Of a stretch of 64,000 bases of DNA, positions 19,587-28,911 are shown in pieces (position 1 is the stretch's first letter; the number at the start of each line of letters is the position of its first letter). The notes under the pieces were generated by a model. It worked only from the letters and a program-made list of their open reading frames with translations. It was not told the DNA's origin and made no database searches. The DNA lies in assembly GCA_964518885.1 (NCBI GenBank), contig CAZFHW010000001.1, forward strand, positions 685 to 64,684, in the 5' to 3' direction. This DNA is from an uncultured Parvibaculum sp. (GTDB lineage: Bacteria > Pseudomonadota > Alphaproteobacteria > Parvibaculales > Parvibaculaceae). The position numbers and the translations under genes were made by a program.

Positions 19587-20788
19587 GGGGGTGTGGGTCC
19601 TGTGTAGCGCGCACGAGGGCGGATCAGGCCCGGACGCATTTGTTGTTCGATCGCATGAGCGATGAGACCGGCTGTGCGACCAAGCGCAAAGAGCGATAGG
19701 GCAGCGCCTCGCGGCAGGTCAAAGGTTTCACCAAGCGCTGCCAATGCCAAGTCCACATTGGGTTTGATGCCAGCAGCACTTTTCATGGTTTCAATAACGG
19801 TGGAGGCACGCGCAAAGGCATCACTGTCGCCTCGCTGCTCTGCCATAACGCGCATCATCATCTTGGCACGGGGGTCTCCATTGGGATAAAGCCAGTGGGA
19901 AAACCCGGGCATTGGTTCCTGATCGCGCAACCTTTGGCGCACACCCTCCGCAGGGTTGTCCGTTGCAGACAGATCCCGCAGCAGATTTTCTGTGCGCCTT
20001 GAAATGCCCCCATGTCGTGATCCCTGAAGGGCTGCAAGGCCCGCCATAACCGCACCATAGAGGGTCGATCCGGCGGCAGCCGTACACCGGGCGGTAAACG
20101 CGGATGCATTGAGTTCGTGATCGGCGCAAAGCACCAGAGCGGTGCGAATAGCCTCGCCCGTAATTTCATCTTTACCCCAGGCGTCCCGCAACACGTGGTG
20201 CACCGGCCTGGCCGAGGGCTCGCATCCGGCGATCGTGGCCGCAACCAGCCGCAGAATACGCACCCCGGTGGCGGCAAGTCCTTCAGACGTTGTGTTGAAA
20301 AGAGTGGTGTCCGCCACAGCAGCAATGGGCAGCGCTGCCAGACAGCGGTCGACCGGCGGCAGGTCGGCGGGCGGGGCAGGGAAGGATGGCGGCAGCACAT
20401 CATCCTGAAACGGGTTTTGAGGAAAATCCCAAAGCAGACACGCGATGCTCTCCAGCGTGCCATGTTCCGCGAGTTGCGTTGCATCAGATCCGCGATAGTA
20501 GAGCTTGCCGTCCGCGATGAGAGTGATGGCGCTCTCCAGCAGCGGTTGACCGAAATTCAGCGCGTACCCGGTCTCATCCAGAGTGGTTTTGGCTTCCCCC
20601 AGTTTAGCAGTTCGGCGATCCTTCAGAGCCCGCACATCCTCCGCCCGGTAGCGCCGTGCACGGGAGCGGGGCACTGGTTCCGACCGGATGAGATCCCGAC
20701 TGACATAGGCATAGAGCGTGGGCAGGCTGACAGTCAGTTCCGCAGCGGCTTCCTTGGCAGAAAGGTACAAGGTGGCGTCATCTGTCAA
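19583..20788 (-). CDS. HTH (excisionase/MerR-like)-citrate synthase family fusion protein
   Basis: N-terminal LSAKEAAAELTVSLPTLYAYVSR HTH; ADHELNASAFTAR, HGG, GFSH, PNVD citrate synthase motifs; TTG start. Confidence 0.85.
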   Translation of the reverse strand: MTDDATLYLSAKEAAAELTVSLPTLYAYVSRDLIRSEPVPRSRARRYRAEDVRALKDRRTAKLGEAKTTLDETGYALNFGQPLLESAITLIADGKLYYRGSDATQLAEHGTLESIACLLWDFPQNPFQDDVLPPSFPAPPADLPPVDRCLAALPIAAVADTTLFNTTSEGLAATGVRILRLVAATIAGCEPSARPVHHVLRDAWGKDEITGEAIRTALVLCADHELNASAFTARCTAAAGSTLYGAVMAGLAALQGSRHGGISRRTENLLRDLSATDNPAEGVRQRLRDQEPMPGFSHWLYPNGDPRAKMMMRVMAEQRGDSDAFARASTVIETMKSAAGIKPNVDLALAALGETFDLPRGAALSLFALGRTAGLIAHAIEQQMRPGLIRPRARYTGPTPP

Positions 20789-20801
20789 TTTCTGGGTGCC
20801 T

Positions 20802-20835
20802 TCAATTATACATTGATTACCTTAATCAAGATTGA
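20802..20835. promoter_or_regulatory. Cluster of TCAA/TTGA inverted repeats in the divergent promoter
   Basis: TTGATT-N5-AATCAA (20813-20829) perfect; overlapping TCAAT-N5-ATTGA (20802-20816) and TCAA-GA-TTGA (20826-20835). Confidence 0.6.
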
Positions 20836-20907
20836 CGATATAGGCAAGGATTCGCATCTTGTTCCCAGGAAACGCCTGGGCTGATTCCCCCAGCAAAGGA
20901 GTTAAAA

Positions 20908-22032
20908 ATGACGGATGAGAACAAAAAGATGAAGACGACAAAAGTTGCTGCAACGGGTTTGGAAGGCGTTATCGCCGCAGATACGGCTTTGAGCCGGGTG
21001 GATGGGACGGCGGGCCGTCTCATTATCGCCGGGCTCGACCTGCCGGATCTGGTCGCCTCCTCATGTTTCGAAGGCACAGTGGCAGCCCTTTGGCGCACGG
21101 CAGGGCATGTGAGCGACGACCAAGAAGTGGCCGAGGGTTTGGGCCTGGCACGGGTTGACGCATTTATCCATGTTCCCGCCCTCCTGGCAGCCTCAGCCGG
21201 CCTCACTGTGACCGAGGCGCTACGCATTGGTCTGTCTCTGCTGGCAGACGAGCACCCCATTCCGGCCCCTCTTCGGTTAGTGGGCGCGATGCCGGTCTTC
21301 GTTGCGGCATTGGCGCGTCATGAGCAAGGGGCTGATCCATGTGCGCCTGATGCGGCGCGCGGTCATGCGGAAGACTATTTGCGCATGTTGCATGGGAGCG
21401 AGCCCACGCCTGACGCGGTACATGCCATGGACGCCTACTTCACCACCGCCAGTGATCACGGCATGAACGCCTCCACCTTCACCGCCCGTGTGGTGGCCTC
21501 AACTGCCGCGGGGCAGGTGTCGTCTATTCTTGCGGGTCTGTGTGCGCTCAAAGGACCCTTGCACGGAGGTGCACCGGGCCCGGTGCTCGACATGCTGGAT
21601 GAGATCGGGACGCCGGAAAATATTGAACCCTGGTTGCGCAATGCGGTGCAGACCGGCGAACGCCTGATGGGCTTTGGCCACCGCATCTACCGGGTGCGCG
21701 ATCCACGGGCCGATGTGTTGGGCGCAGAAGTAGCACAATTGTCCGGCAATCACCGTCAGCGCATCAGCTTCGCGCTTCAGGTGGAAGAAACCGCCAAGGC
21801 AGTGCTGAAGGAACTCAAACCCCACCGGCCTCTCGATACCAATGTGGAGTTCTACACAGCCCTGCTATTGGAAGCCCTGGATATTCCCCGCAGCGCTTTC
21901 ACACCCACATTCGCCATCGGCCGCGTGGCGGGGTGGACAGCTCACGTTATGGAGCAGGAACAGGCGGGCCGCCTGATCCGTCCCTCAGCAAACTATGTGG
22001 GGATTGTGCCGGACGACCTGGAAGTGGCGTGA
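20908..22032 (+). CDS. Citrate synthase/methylcitrate synthase family protein (CitA-like)
   Basis: GLEGV, DHGMNASTFTAR, GPLHGGA, MGFGHRIYRVRDPRA, NVEFY, GWTAHVMEQ; RBS AAGGAG. Confidence 0.9.
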   Translation: MTDENKKMKTTKVAATGLEGVIAADTALSRVDGTAGRLIIAGLDLPDLVASSCFEGTVAALWRTAGHVSDDQEVAEGLGLARVDAFIHVPALLAASAGLTVTEALRIGLSLLADEHPIPAPLRLVGAMPVFVAALARHEQGADPCAPDAARGHAEDYLRMLHGSEPTPDAVHAMDAYFTTASDHGMNASTFTARVVASTAAGQVSSILAGLCALKGPLHGGAPGPVLDMLDEIGTPENIEPWLRNAVQTGERLMGFGHRIYRVRDPRADVLGAEVAQLSGNHRQRISFALQVEETAKAVLKELKPHRPLDTNVEFYTALLLEALDIPRSAFTPTFAIGRVAGWTAHVMEQEQAGRLIRPSANYVGIVPDDLEVA

Positions 22033-22040
22033 CGCTGTGC

Positions 22041-22511
22041 CTAGCACGGGTTCAGGGAACTGAAAGCGCGCTGGATGAGCCGGATGGCCGGTTCATCCAG
22101 CAGTTCAGGGTGCCATTCGCCAAACCGGATGATCTGGCGTTCGAGCTGTTCAAAACTTGCAGTGCGCGGAACCAAAGCGCACTGGAACCGGTCTGGATCA
22201 TCATTGTCGTGGAGCTTTTGCGTGCCTTCGCTCACCTGCATGGCACGCAGGCTTCCAAAAAAACCGCTCACATATTGCCGACAATAGCGGGCCTTGCCGG
22301 AAAGCCGGTCTTCTGGGTGCGCCAATTGTTGATCAGCAGCAAGTTGGCAAAATGTAAAAAGGTCACGCCCGGTTTCAACTCGCATACGTGCAAGACCTGG
22401 CTCGACCGTGGCACAGAGCAGTAAGACGGCGAGCAGAAATCTGGCTGGTCTGCGGCCGGGTGAAGCAGCATGACTATTCAAACCAGATGTCAGTTGTCGA
22501 AATCGATCCAT
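22041..22511 (-). CDS. Rap1a/Tai family immunity-like exported protein
   Basis: Signal peptide then TGRDLFTFC...YCRQYVSG...C..P...QL...HPELLDEPA..LI..AF...PC, the 4-Cys Rap1a pattern. Confidence 0.7.
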   Translation of the reverse strand: MDRFRQLTSGLNSHAASPGRRPARFLLAVLLLCATVEPGLARMRVETGRDLFTFCQLAADQQLAHPEDRLSGKARYCRQYVSGFFGSLRAMQVSEGTQKLHDNDDPDRFQCALVPRTASFEQLERQIIRFGEWHPELLDEPAIRLIQRAFSSLNPC

Positions 22512-22714
22512 CGCTCCCACAGGCTCTCGGCGCATTCACTGGATGTATATTGGCTGGTGAGTAACCGCATTGGGCGTTCTGCGATGCCACCCAGCGTATC
22601 CCCCGCCATTTCCGACGCCAAGGCGCGGCAGGGATCCAGCGTCCCGTAGTTTCCGTAAAAAAGTCCGCCTGCTGCAACCGCGAGCAAAGCAACCATGCTG
22701 ATAAGCGTGCGCAT
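22490..22714 (-). CDS. Small exported/membrane hypothetical protein
   Basis: 74 aa, N-terminal hydrophobic helix, two Cys (DPC, SEC). Confidence 0.6.
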   Translation of the reverse strand: MRTLISMVALLAVAAGGLFYGNYGTLDPCRALASEMAGDTLGGIAERPMRLLTSQYTSSECAESLWERWIDFDN

Positions 22715-22762
22715 ATCGTTTCATTTCCCCAAAAAGTTTGAAACGTGATCGGTAACGAAGCA

Positions 22763-23086
22763 TCAGTAACGGATGACAGTGTTGTCCCGGCGTTCGTTAA
22801 AAACAGAATTGTCGTCGAATTGCCGTTGGCCGCCACATGACGCATATCCATCACCCCATCCGGCGCGGTAGACCTCTTGTGTCTTGTAGAGCGCCTCGTT
22901 CCGGTGAACCGTATCGTTAAATCCGGAGACCCGCGTATGTGCGGTCTCACATCCCTCCGAAAAGCCGGTTTTATAAATGGGGCTTTGCAAGACCTCTGGG
23001 GCTCTTTCATAAGCACAGGCGGACAGAACAAACCCGGCACTGAGCAAAACCAAAGGCACTAAACTTTTTACGCGACGCACATTCAT
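22763..23086 (-). CDS. Hypothetical lipoprotein
   Basis: Lipobox LSAC; YKTGFSEGC...YRAGWGDGYASC repeated motif. Confidence 0.7.
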   Translation of the reverse strand: MNVRRVKSLVPLVLLSAGFVLSACAYERAPEVLQSPIYKTGFSEGCETAHTRVSGFNDTVHRNEALYKTQEVYRAGWGDGYASCGGQRQFDDNSVFNERRDNTVIRY

Positions 23087-23278
23087 GAGCGATCTTTCTG
23101 ATACGAAGCCGGATATCCAGCGGTACTGTCTGCCAGAGGTCGCCTTCCCGGCGCACACTCTGCCTCCAACGATACCGGACTTTTAGGCTGGGCGCCAATT
23201 GGCAAAACCGGTGGGAGGACGGGTTTGTCCCGAATATGACGGTCTAGGGGCTATTTTTCCCACAGGGAACGCCCGGAA

Positions 23279-23294
23279 TTCACTCCCTGTTAAC
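23279..23294 (+). promoter_or_regulatory. CtrA-like box TTCA-N7-TTAAC
   Basis: 1 mismatch to TTAA-N7-TTAAC; 57 bp upstream of the DUF2336 gene. Confidence 0.5.
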
Positions 23295-23351
23295 GCCGAA
23301 AGCGTTGCATGTGGCGGGTAGGCGCGGAGCGTAAATCTGCCCCAAATCAGG

Positions 23352-24446
23352 ATGATACAGGCCTTGTCACAGTCCGATATACAAGTCGCAAACCAAGCCG
23401 AGCCGGAGGCTGTCTATGAGCTTCTGGCACGACACCTGAGTGACTTGTTGCTTACGGGCATGGGAAGTATTGCGCCGCACGAACTGGCCCTGGCGGAAAC
23501 AGCCTTGGTCGACCTGCTGCCTTTTTTGAGTGAGGAATTGAAGCGCCGGTTGGCAGAACGGCTCGTCCCTCTGGAAATGGCGCCGGATGCCTTGCTGGCG
23601 GCCTTGCTGGCGGAACCCTTAAGCGTGTCGGGACCCTTGGTCTCCGATGGTCTGTGTTTGACCAGTTGTGATCTCGTTCATTTTGCTGAAACAGGGGGGC
23701 TGGAGCACCGTCTTTGCGTCGCACAGAGGCGCGATCTGAGCCGCGTTGTCTGTGATGCGTTGACGGTGAAGGGCGAAATAGAGGTCTTGCGGGCCCTGGT
23801 GGGGAATACCACCGCGTCCCTGTCAGACCGGGCGATAGAAATGATCGCCCGTCGATCTTCAGCTGAACCTGATCTCATCATGATGCTTCTCAACCGCCGC
23901 GAACTCACGCCTTGGTTTGCGCACCTGATGTTCTGGTGGGCAGACGGGGAGGAGCGCAGCGCAATCTTGAAGCGGTTTCCGATCGATCGCCGTGCGGTTG
24001 TTGAGGCGCTGGATGATCTCTTCGATCTGGAGAGCCTTATGGAGACAGAATCTGTGGCGCTTCACAGCACCTATCGGTTGTTGCGCCCGGCGCGCCGTTT
24101 GGAAAATGAGGCGTTGCAGGCCCTCATCGCCGGGGTCGATGTTCGCTCGACACAATCAGCCACGTCGGCCATGGCAGCAGCGGCTGATATTTCACCAAAA
24201 ACAGCATCTTGGGTTATCTCAGACGAGGGCGGGGAGCCATTGGCTGTTCTGGGTAAGGCGCTCGGACTTTCCCGCAGCGATTTTCGCGATGTTGCCTCGC
24301 GTCTGGGTGCGGCCCGGCTATCGGGTGCGTACACGGAAAATGAAATGGAACGGGCTGTCGCTCTTTTCGATTCAGTAACAATGGACAGAGCAGATTCCAT
24401 CCTGCACTTCTGGGACAGGATCGTCTGCGCAGAAACCAGAACCTGA
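23352..24446 (+). CDS. DUF2336 domain protein
   Basis: LAERL...AP..L...L......VSGPL, AQRRDLS..VCDAL...GE..V...L.GN..A, GEPLAVLGKALGLSR. Confidence 0.8.
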   Translation: MIQALSQSDIQVANQAEPEAVYELLARHLSDLLLTGMGSIAPHELALAETALVDLLPFLSEELKRRLAERLVPLEMAPDALLAALLAEPLSVSGPLVSDGLCLTSCDLVHFAETGGLEHRLCVAQRRDLSRVVCDALTVKGEIEVLRALVGNTTASLSDRAIEMIARRSSAEPDLIMMLLNRRELTPWFAHLMFWWADGEERSAILKRFPIDRRAVVEALDDLFDLESLMETESVALHSTYRLLRPARRLENEALQALIAGVDVRSTQSATSAMAAAADISPKTASWVISDEGGEPLAVLGKALGLSRSDFRDVASRLGAARLSGAYTENEMERAVALFDSVTMDRADSILHFWDRIVCAETRT

Positions 24447-24451
24447 AAAAA

Positions 24452-25231
24452 CTAGCTGGCGGCCTTCTCTGATCGAGGTGCGCGGAACGTGCTCAAGGAG
24501 ACCACGCGTTCAAGGTCTTCCCGAGTAGAGCGTGCGGTCTCGAAAATATCCCCTTCAGCCCGGTCAATCAGGTTGAGAATTTCTTCCACACCGGTCAGGA
24601 TGGGGGCCAGCCAATCGTTGGCCTCATCTGGGTTCTGAGCGTTCGCCTGCGCTTCATCGACCATCAATTGGGCATCGGTCGCAAGGGTCGCGGCCGCCTG
24701 GCGGACCGCGCCAGTGTTGAAATCATCAGCCCCAACGATCAGGTTCTCAATATGTCGGATTTGCGCACGGATGCCATTGATACGTGCAGCCTGTTCCCGC
24801 CCGGCCCGCTCGCTGTCGTCCATCATGGGGGCCAGATCATCAAGAGACACGGTCAGGCAGTGGGCAATCGCCGTCATGGTGCGAAAAGTGCCGTCCTTCT
24901 TCCCGGTTTCAATCTCTGAGAGGTAGGCCGGACTGATGCCCGCCGCGCGTGCAAGCTCGACGCCTTTAAAGCCCCGATGCTGACGCCAGACCCGCACGGG
25001 TATTTCGCCATCAGCAATCCGGTGCACCACCTCCGCTGGAATAAGGTCCGTCGAGTCGCCCAGAATGGCATTTGACGATGCTTTCACATCGTCTATTTCC
25101 TCGGCGGCTCGTTTCAGGCGGGCATATTCTGCAACCGGCACCAACGTATAAAGCGGTTCGCCGTCGCTGCTGCATATGACTTGTGGGGCGGATGATGGTT
25201 TTTTGGATAGGCCCGCTGTGGCTTGGGTCAT
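24452..25231 (-). CDS. XRE (HigA-like) HTH protein with long helical C-terminal extension
   Basis: GEPLYTLVPVAEY, GEIPVRVWRQHRG...LARAAGISPAYLSEIETGKKDG; about 125 extra residues after the HTH. Confidence 0.8.
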   Translation of the reverse strand: MTQATAGLSKKPSSAPQVICSSDGEPLYTLVPVAEYARLKRAAEEIDDVKASSNAILGDSTDLIPAEVVHRIADGEIPVRVWRQHRGFKGVELARAAGISPAYLSEIETGKKDGTFRTMTAIAHCLTVSLDDLAPMMDDSERAGREQAARINGIRAQIRHIENLIVGADDFNTGAVRQAAATLATDAQLMVDEAQANAQNPDEANDWLAPILTGVEEILNLIDRAEGDIFETARSTREDLERVVSLSTFRAPRSEKAAS

Positions 25232-25243
25232 GAGCGAATGTCC

Positions 25244-25537
25244 TTATCTGTCGCGTGCGGCGACTGTGCCGCCGGAAATAGCCAACACCGTGAGGGCGCT
25301 GCCGCTGCGTCTAAATACAAAACGGAGGCCTTCGGGAAAACGCCGCACCAGCCGTGTATCTGTCAGCGGTTCGTCGAGACGATCATCGGTACGCATGGCA
25401 ACCAGTGCTTCAGTGATCTTTTTGCGGTCGATCATGTTGAGCCGCGACATATGGCGAAAGGCTTCCCGACTATAGGCGATGCCATGATCGTTGGCGGCGG
25501 CACCGAAATAGGTGACGTTCTCCGCTGGTCCTTGCAT
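25244..25537 (-). CDS. Degenerate RelE/ParE-fold toxin-like protein
   Basis: IAYSREAFRHMSRL...RKKITEAL...LRFVF....LTVLAI; toxin-first order in front of the XRE gene; basic catalytic motifs not visible. Confidence 0.5.
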   Translation of the reverse strand: MQGPAENVTYFGAAANDHGIAYSREAFRHMSRLNMIDRKKITEALVAMRTDDRLDEPLTDTRLVRRFPEGLRFVFRRSGSALTVLAISGGTVAARDR

Positions 25538-25801
25538 GGCATTGCTCCTCTATTGTCTGGCAAGTCTGGGTTGCAGGCCGCTCCCGTCTTTGCGCGTCGC
25601 ACCGAAATACGCCTCGGGATAACGCCTCAAACGCCGCCCGATCTGCAGGGCCGCAAGCACGTGAACAATGGTTTGATAGCAAATACTTTAATGCGATTCG
25701 CCAGACAGCAGCGAATTTGAAAATATGCTGCTTTTCGCGCTCGACCGTTTACGGCATCATGTCATTGAACAAGCAGGACTTACTGCGGCGGAGGAACAAT
25801 T

Positions 25802-26719
25802 ATGTCAGCAGAACCGATCGACCAGGTTATTGAACTGTTGAAGGCACAGGCACTGGGCAGCGAAGAGCTGTCTTTGGAGGAGCGCCGCGCGGCAATGGAC
25901 AATATGTCTGCGGCATTTGGTGAACCGCAGGGCGTAAAGCGGGATTTTTCCGAGCTGGCAGGGCGACCGGTACAGATATTCAAACCGGAAGGCAAAGATC
26001 CAGAGCAAGTGCTGCTCTACTTTCATGGCGGGGGATATGTCATGGGATCTCCCAACTCGCACGCGAACCTGACCGCACGGTTGGCGATTTCTTCCGGTGC
26101 AACGGTGGTGAGTTTCGACTACCGGTTAGCGCCTGAACATCCGTTCCCGGCGGCAGTAGAGGATGGGCTCGCCGCCTACCAAGCGCTGCTGGATGCTGGT
26201 GTCTCACCGTCCCGGTTTGCCGTCGGCGGAGACAGTGCCGGAGGAGGGCTGACTTTCGCCGTGTTACAAAAAGCGCGGGATGAGGGTTTGCCCATGCCCG
26301 CCGCTGCAATTGGCCTTAGTCCGTGGATGGATCTGACGGGTGCCTCGCAGACATACAAGACACACGCAGAAGCTGACCCCATGATTGAACCAGCAGCCAT
26401 CATTGCAATCGGCCAGGAGTATCTGGGAGGGGCGGCGGCGACCGATCCGCTGGCCTCACCCTTGTTTGGGGATTTTGCCGGACTGCCGCCTCTGTTCATT
26501 CAGGTCGGCGATGCTGAAATCTTGCTGGATGACAGTCGGGAACTGGAAAAGAAGGCACGGGCGGCCGGTGTCGATTGCAAATTGGAAGTTTGGGATCGAA
26601 TGATCCATGTCTGGCAGGCCTTTTTCCCAATGTTACCCGAGGGCGAAGAAGCAATTGATCGCCTGGGAGCTTTTCTAAAGATGCGGTGGGAGCAGGAAGC
26701 CAGGGCCCAGGCAATCTAA
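25802..26719 (+). CDS. Alpha/beta hydrolase, HSL-family esterase
   Basis: YFHGGGY, DYRLAPEHPFPAA, GDSAGG, MIHVW; RBS GGAGG. Confidence 0.92.
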   Translation: MSAEPIDQVIELLKAQALGSEELSLEERRAAMDNMSAAFGEPQGVKRDFSELAGRPVQIFKPEGKDPEQVLLYFHGGGYVMGSPNSHANLTARLAISSGATVVSFDYRLAPEHPFPAAVEDGLAAYQALLDAGVSPSRFAVGGDSAGGGLTFAVLQKARDEGLPMPAAAIGLSPWMDLTGASQTYKTHAEADPMIEPAAIIAIGQEYLGGAAATDPLASPLFGDFAGLPPLFIQVGDAEILLDDSRELEKKARAAGVDCKLEVWDRMIHVWQAFFPMLPEGEEAIDRLGAFLKMRWEQEARAQAI

Positions 26720-26808
26720 AAACAACGTTTCTTTGATCTTAATGCCTTATTTCTATCTTCAAATCGTCCCGAAGCGGAGTAATTGCCGCAGACGGAAAGG
26801 GTGGCTTC

Positions 26809-26822
26809 TTGATCCTGATCAA
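26809..26822. promoter_or_regulatory. FNR/FnrL/FixK box
   Basis: TTGAT-CCTG-ATCAA, perfect match to TTGAT-N4-ATCAA, about 105 bp upstream of ompW. Confidence 0.75.
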
Positions 26823-26927
26823 ATCGATCTTGTCAAAGATAGTCCATGTTGTTCCGCAAGAGGTGTGGGGACTCACCTCTCACGATGGAAACGTTCCGCA
26901 CTGGAGCATGAAGGTTTGGAGATCGGT

Positions 26928-27572
26928 ATGAGGAAATTTGGGGCTACCTCACGTGCCTTGGCAGTTGTAACCGGGGCCGTGGTCGGAGCATTTGGTTTGT
27001 TTGCAAGCGCTGAGCAGGCGCGCGCTGAGGGCGGTGATAGTCCCTGGTTGATTCGTGTGCGGGCCATCTACGTGGCACCTGACGAGAGCGCAACGGTAAC
27101 GGGTCTGACGGGGACCATCGATGCTGGCAATTCGTTGGTACCAGAACTGGATATCACCTATTTCTTCACGGACAATATTGCCGCTGAGCTGATCCTTGCA
27201 ACATCCAAGCATGACATGTCGGCAAGTGCCGGGGTTGATCTTGGTGACGTGTGGGTGCTGCCGCCAACCTTGACGTTGCAGTATCACTTCATGCCGAAAG
27301 CGCAATTCCGTCCTTATGTCGGTGCAGGTGTGAACTACACTATCTTCTACGGAGAAAGCAGTGGTGCTGTTGCAAGCATTGATTATGAAAACGGTTTTGG
27401 TGTCGCGTTGCAGGCGGGTATGGATTACGACCTCGGCAATCAGTGGGTATTCAACGTCGATGTGAAGAAGCTTTGGCTGAACACCGATGTGACTATCAAC
27501 GGCGGGGCCATCACAGCCGACGTCGATCTTGACCCTTGGATCTTCGGCGCAGGCTTCGGCTATCGCTTCTAG
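26928..27572 (+). CDS. ompW: OmpW family outer membrane protein
   Basis: Signal peptide; PELDITYFFTDNIAAELIL, LPPTLTLQYHF, RPYVGAGVNYT, C-terminal GYRF. Confidence 0.93.
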   Translation: MRKFGATSRALAVVTGAVVGAFGLFASAEQARAEGGDSPWLIRVRAIYVAPDESATVTGLTGTIDAGNSLVPELDITYFFTDNIAAELILATSKHDMSASAGVDLGDVWVLPPTLTLQYHFMPKAQFRPYVGAGVNYTIFYGESSGAVASIDYENGFGVALQAGMDYDLGNQWVFNVDVKKLWLNTDVTINGGAITADVDLDPWIFGAGFGYRF

Positions 27573-27598
27573 AACGGACCAAGATTTCGGACAGGTTC

Positions 27599-27640
27599 AA
27601 AGCCCTCGTGAGCAAGATGCTCGCGGGGGCTTCTTCTTTG
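27599..27640 (+). terminator. Intrinsic terminator between convergent ompW and Rieske genes
   Basis: AAGCCCTCGTGAGCA-AGA-TGCTCGCGGGGGCTT then CTTCTTT. Confidence 0.75.
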
Positions 27641-28696
27641 TCAGCTGCGCCAGCGCAGGGTCACCGGTTCGATAGGATTGACGAACGGCGTAGCGTCCTC
27701 AACGGATTTGGCCCATTCGCTCTTCAAGCGGTGGTACCACTTTGCCTGCACATCTGAATCATTGATGAGCATCAGCCGAGGGTCAAACTTCAGCCCTTGC
27801 TGTTGCAGGTTGACCATGTCGCGATCCTGGCCAAGGAAAGATCGCAGGAATTGCCGGGCAATGGGTTTGACCAAACCCATGAACGGCAGGGTCCAGTAGA
27901 AGGTCTGGGTTATTTCCGTCTCGTTTTCGCTCACCGGCGTGACAGCTGTTAGACCACAGATTGTGTGTTTGCCAGCCCGAATTGTCTCAATGCGTATGCC
28001 CGGAAGCTGGAATGAAATTTCTGTTGTTGGCGCACCCCCTAGAATTTTGTAGGCCTTGGAGTTTTTTGAGGGCGTATGGGCAACCATGGTGAAGCCACGC
28101 TCGCTGGGCGCAAAGTCTTTCGCCTTTTCGTGGATGGATTTCGAAGAGCGCCACCACCACGACTGGTGTACGAAAGGACCATGTGCGGGGTCCATCAGGC
28201 CAATCACCGCATGGTCGATGTGGCAGGAAAACGTCATGGTTTCCCGAATGCCCGGCCGTCCATTTTCAAAGTGTGGCACCTGTGGCGGGTCAATCGTGGG
28301 AACCGCGTCTGGATGGGCATCACTTGCCATATAGATCCAGATGTTTCCCTGCACTTCCCGCACCGGATAGGCCCGGACACGGATGCGCGCTACGTCCATC
28401 TCCTGCCCAGGAACCAAGGACGGTATCTCAGCGCACTGTCCATCGGTCCGAAACTTCCAGCCATGGTAAGGACATTCAATCGCGCTTGCGTCACACCCGC
28501 TTGATTTTGGGGAGAATAGTTTGCCAGCAGACAGAGGGACGCCGCGGTGAGGGCACACATCGCGTAAAGCAAAAGGAGCCCCATTCTGTTCGCGTCCAAT
28601 AACGATCGGCTCCCCCAGGAGCACCTTATGCGTCATTGCACCAGGGCGGAGGCTTTCTGCCGGAATCGCGAAGTACCAAATATCACGTAAAAACAT
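27641..28696 (-). CDS. Rieske non-heme iron oxygenase alpha subunit (VanA/KshA-like)
   Basis: CPHRG...CPYHGW Rieske motif; D.AHGPFVH mononuclear iron motif. Confidence 0.9.
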   Translation of the reverse strand: MFLRDIWYFAIPAESLRPGAMTHKVLLGEPIVIGREQNGAPFALRDVCPHRGVPLSAGKLFSPKSSGCDASAIECPYHGWKFRTDGQCAEIPSLVPGQEMDVARIRVRAYPVREVQGNIWIYMASDAHPDAVPTIDPPQVPHFENGRPGIRETMTFSCHIDHAVIGLMDPAHGPFVHQSWWWRSSKSIHEKAKDFAPSERGFTMVAHTPSKNSKAYKILGGAPTTEISFQLPGIRIETIRAGKHTICGLTAVTPVSENETEITQTFYWTLPFMGLVKPIARQFLRSFLGQDRDMVNLQQQGLKFDPRLMLINDSDVQAKWYHRLKSEWAKSVEDATPFVNPIEPVTLRWRS

Positions 28697-28787
28697 GTGT
28701 CTCTTAAGCCCATTTATGCAGCCGCCACCCGCTGTTTCAAAATGCGAAAAAATACATTTTTGTCAATGTTTTAGAACAAATCGCCCT

Positions 28788-28803
28788 TTCAATTTTCGTT
28801 AAC
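28788..28803 (+). promoter_or_regulatory. CtrA-like box TTCA-N7-TTAAC
   Basis: 1 mismatch to consensus; about 108 bp upstream of the ParA-like gene. Confidence 0.5.
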
Positions 28804-28911
28804 TTGTCGTGCCGTAGCGTTGTTCCAGGCCCCTTGTTCTGTGGTTCAGCCCCATTGTTGGGTGACGATGAGGGTCGCCACAGAACAAGGTTAGAGGAAG
28901 GAACGAAGACG

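Noticed and set aside
25470-25682. 70-aa ORF upstream of the RelE-like gene
   Set aside because: Overlaps the RelE-like ORF, no RBS or motif; likely spurious
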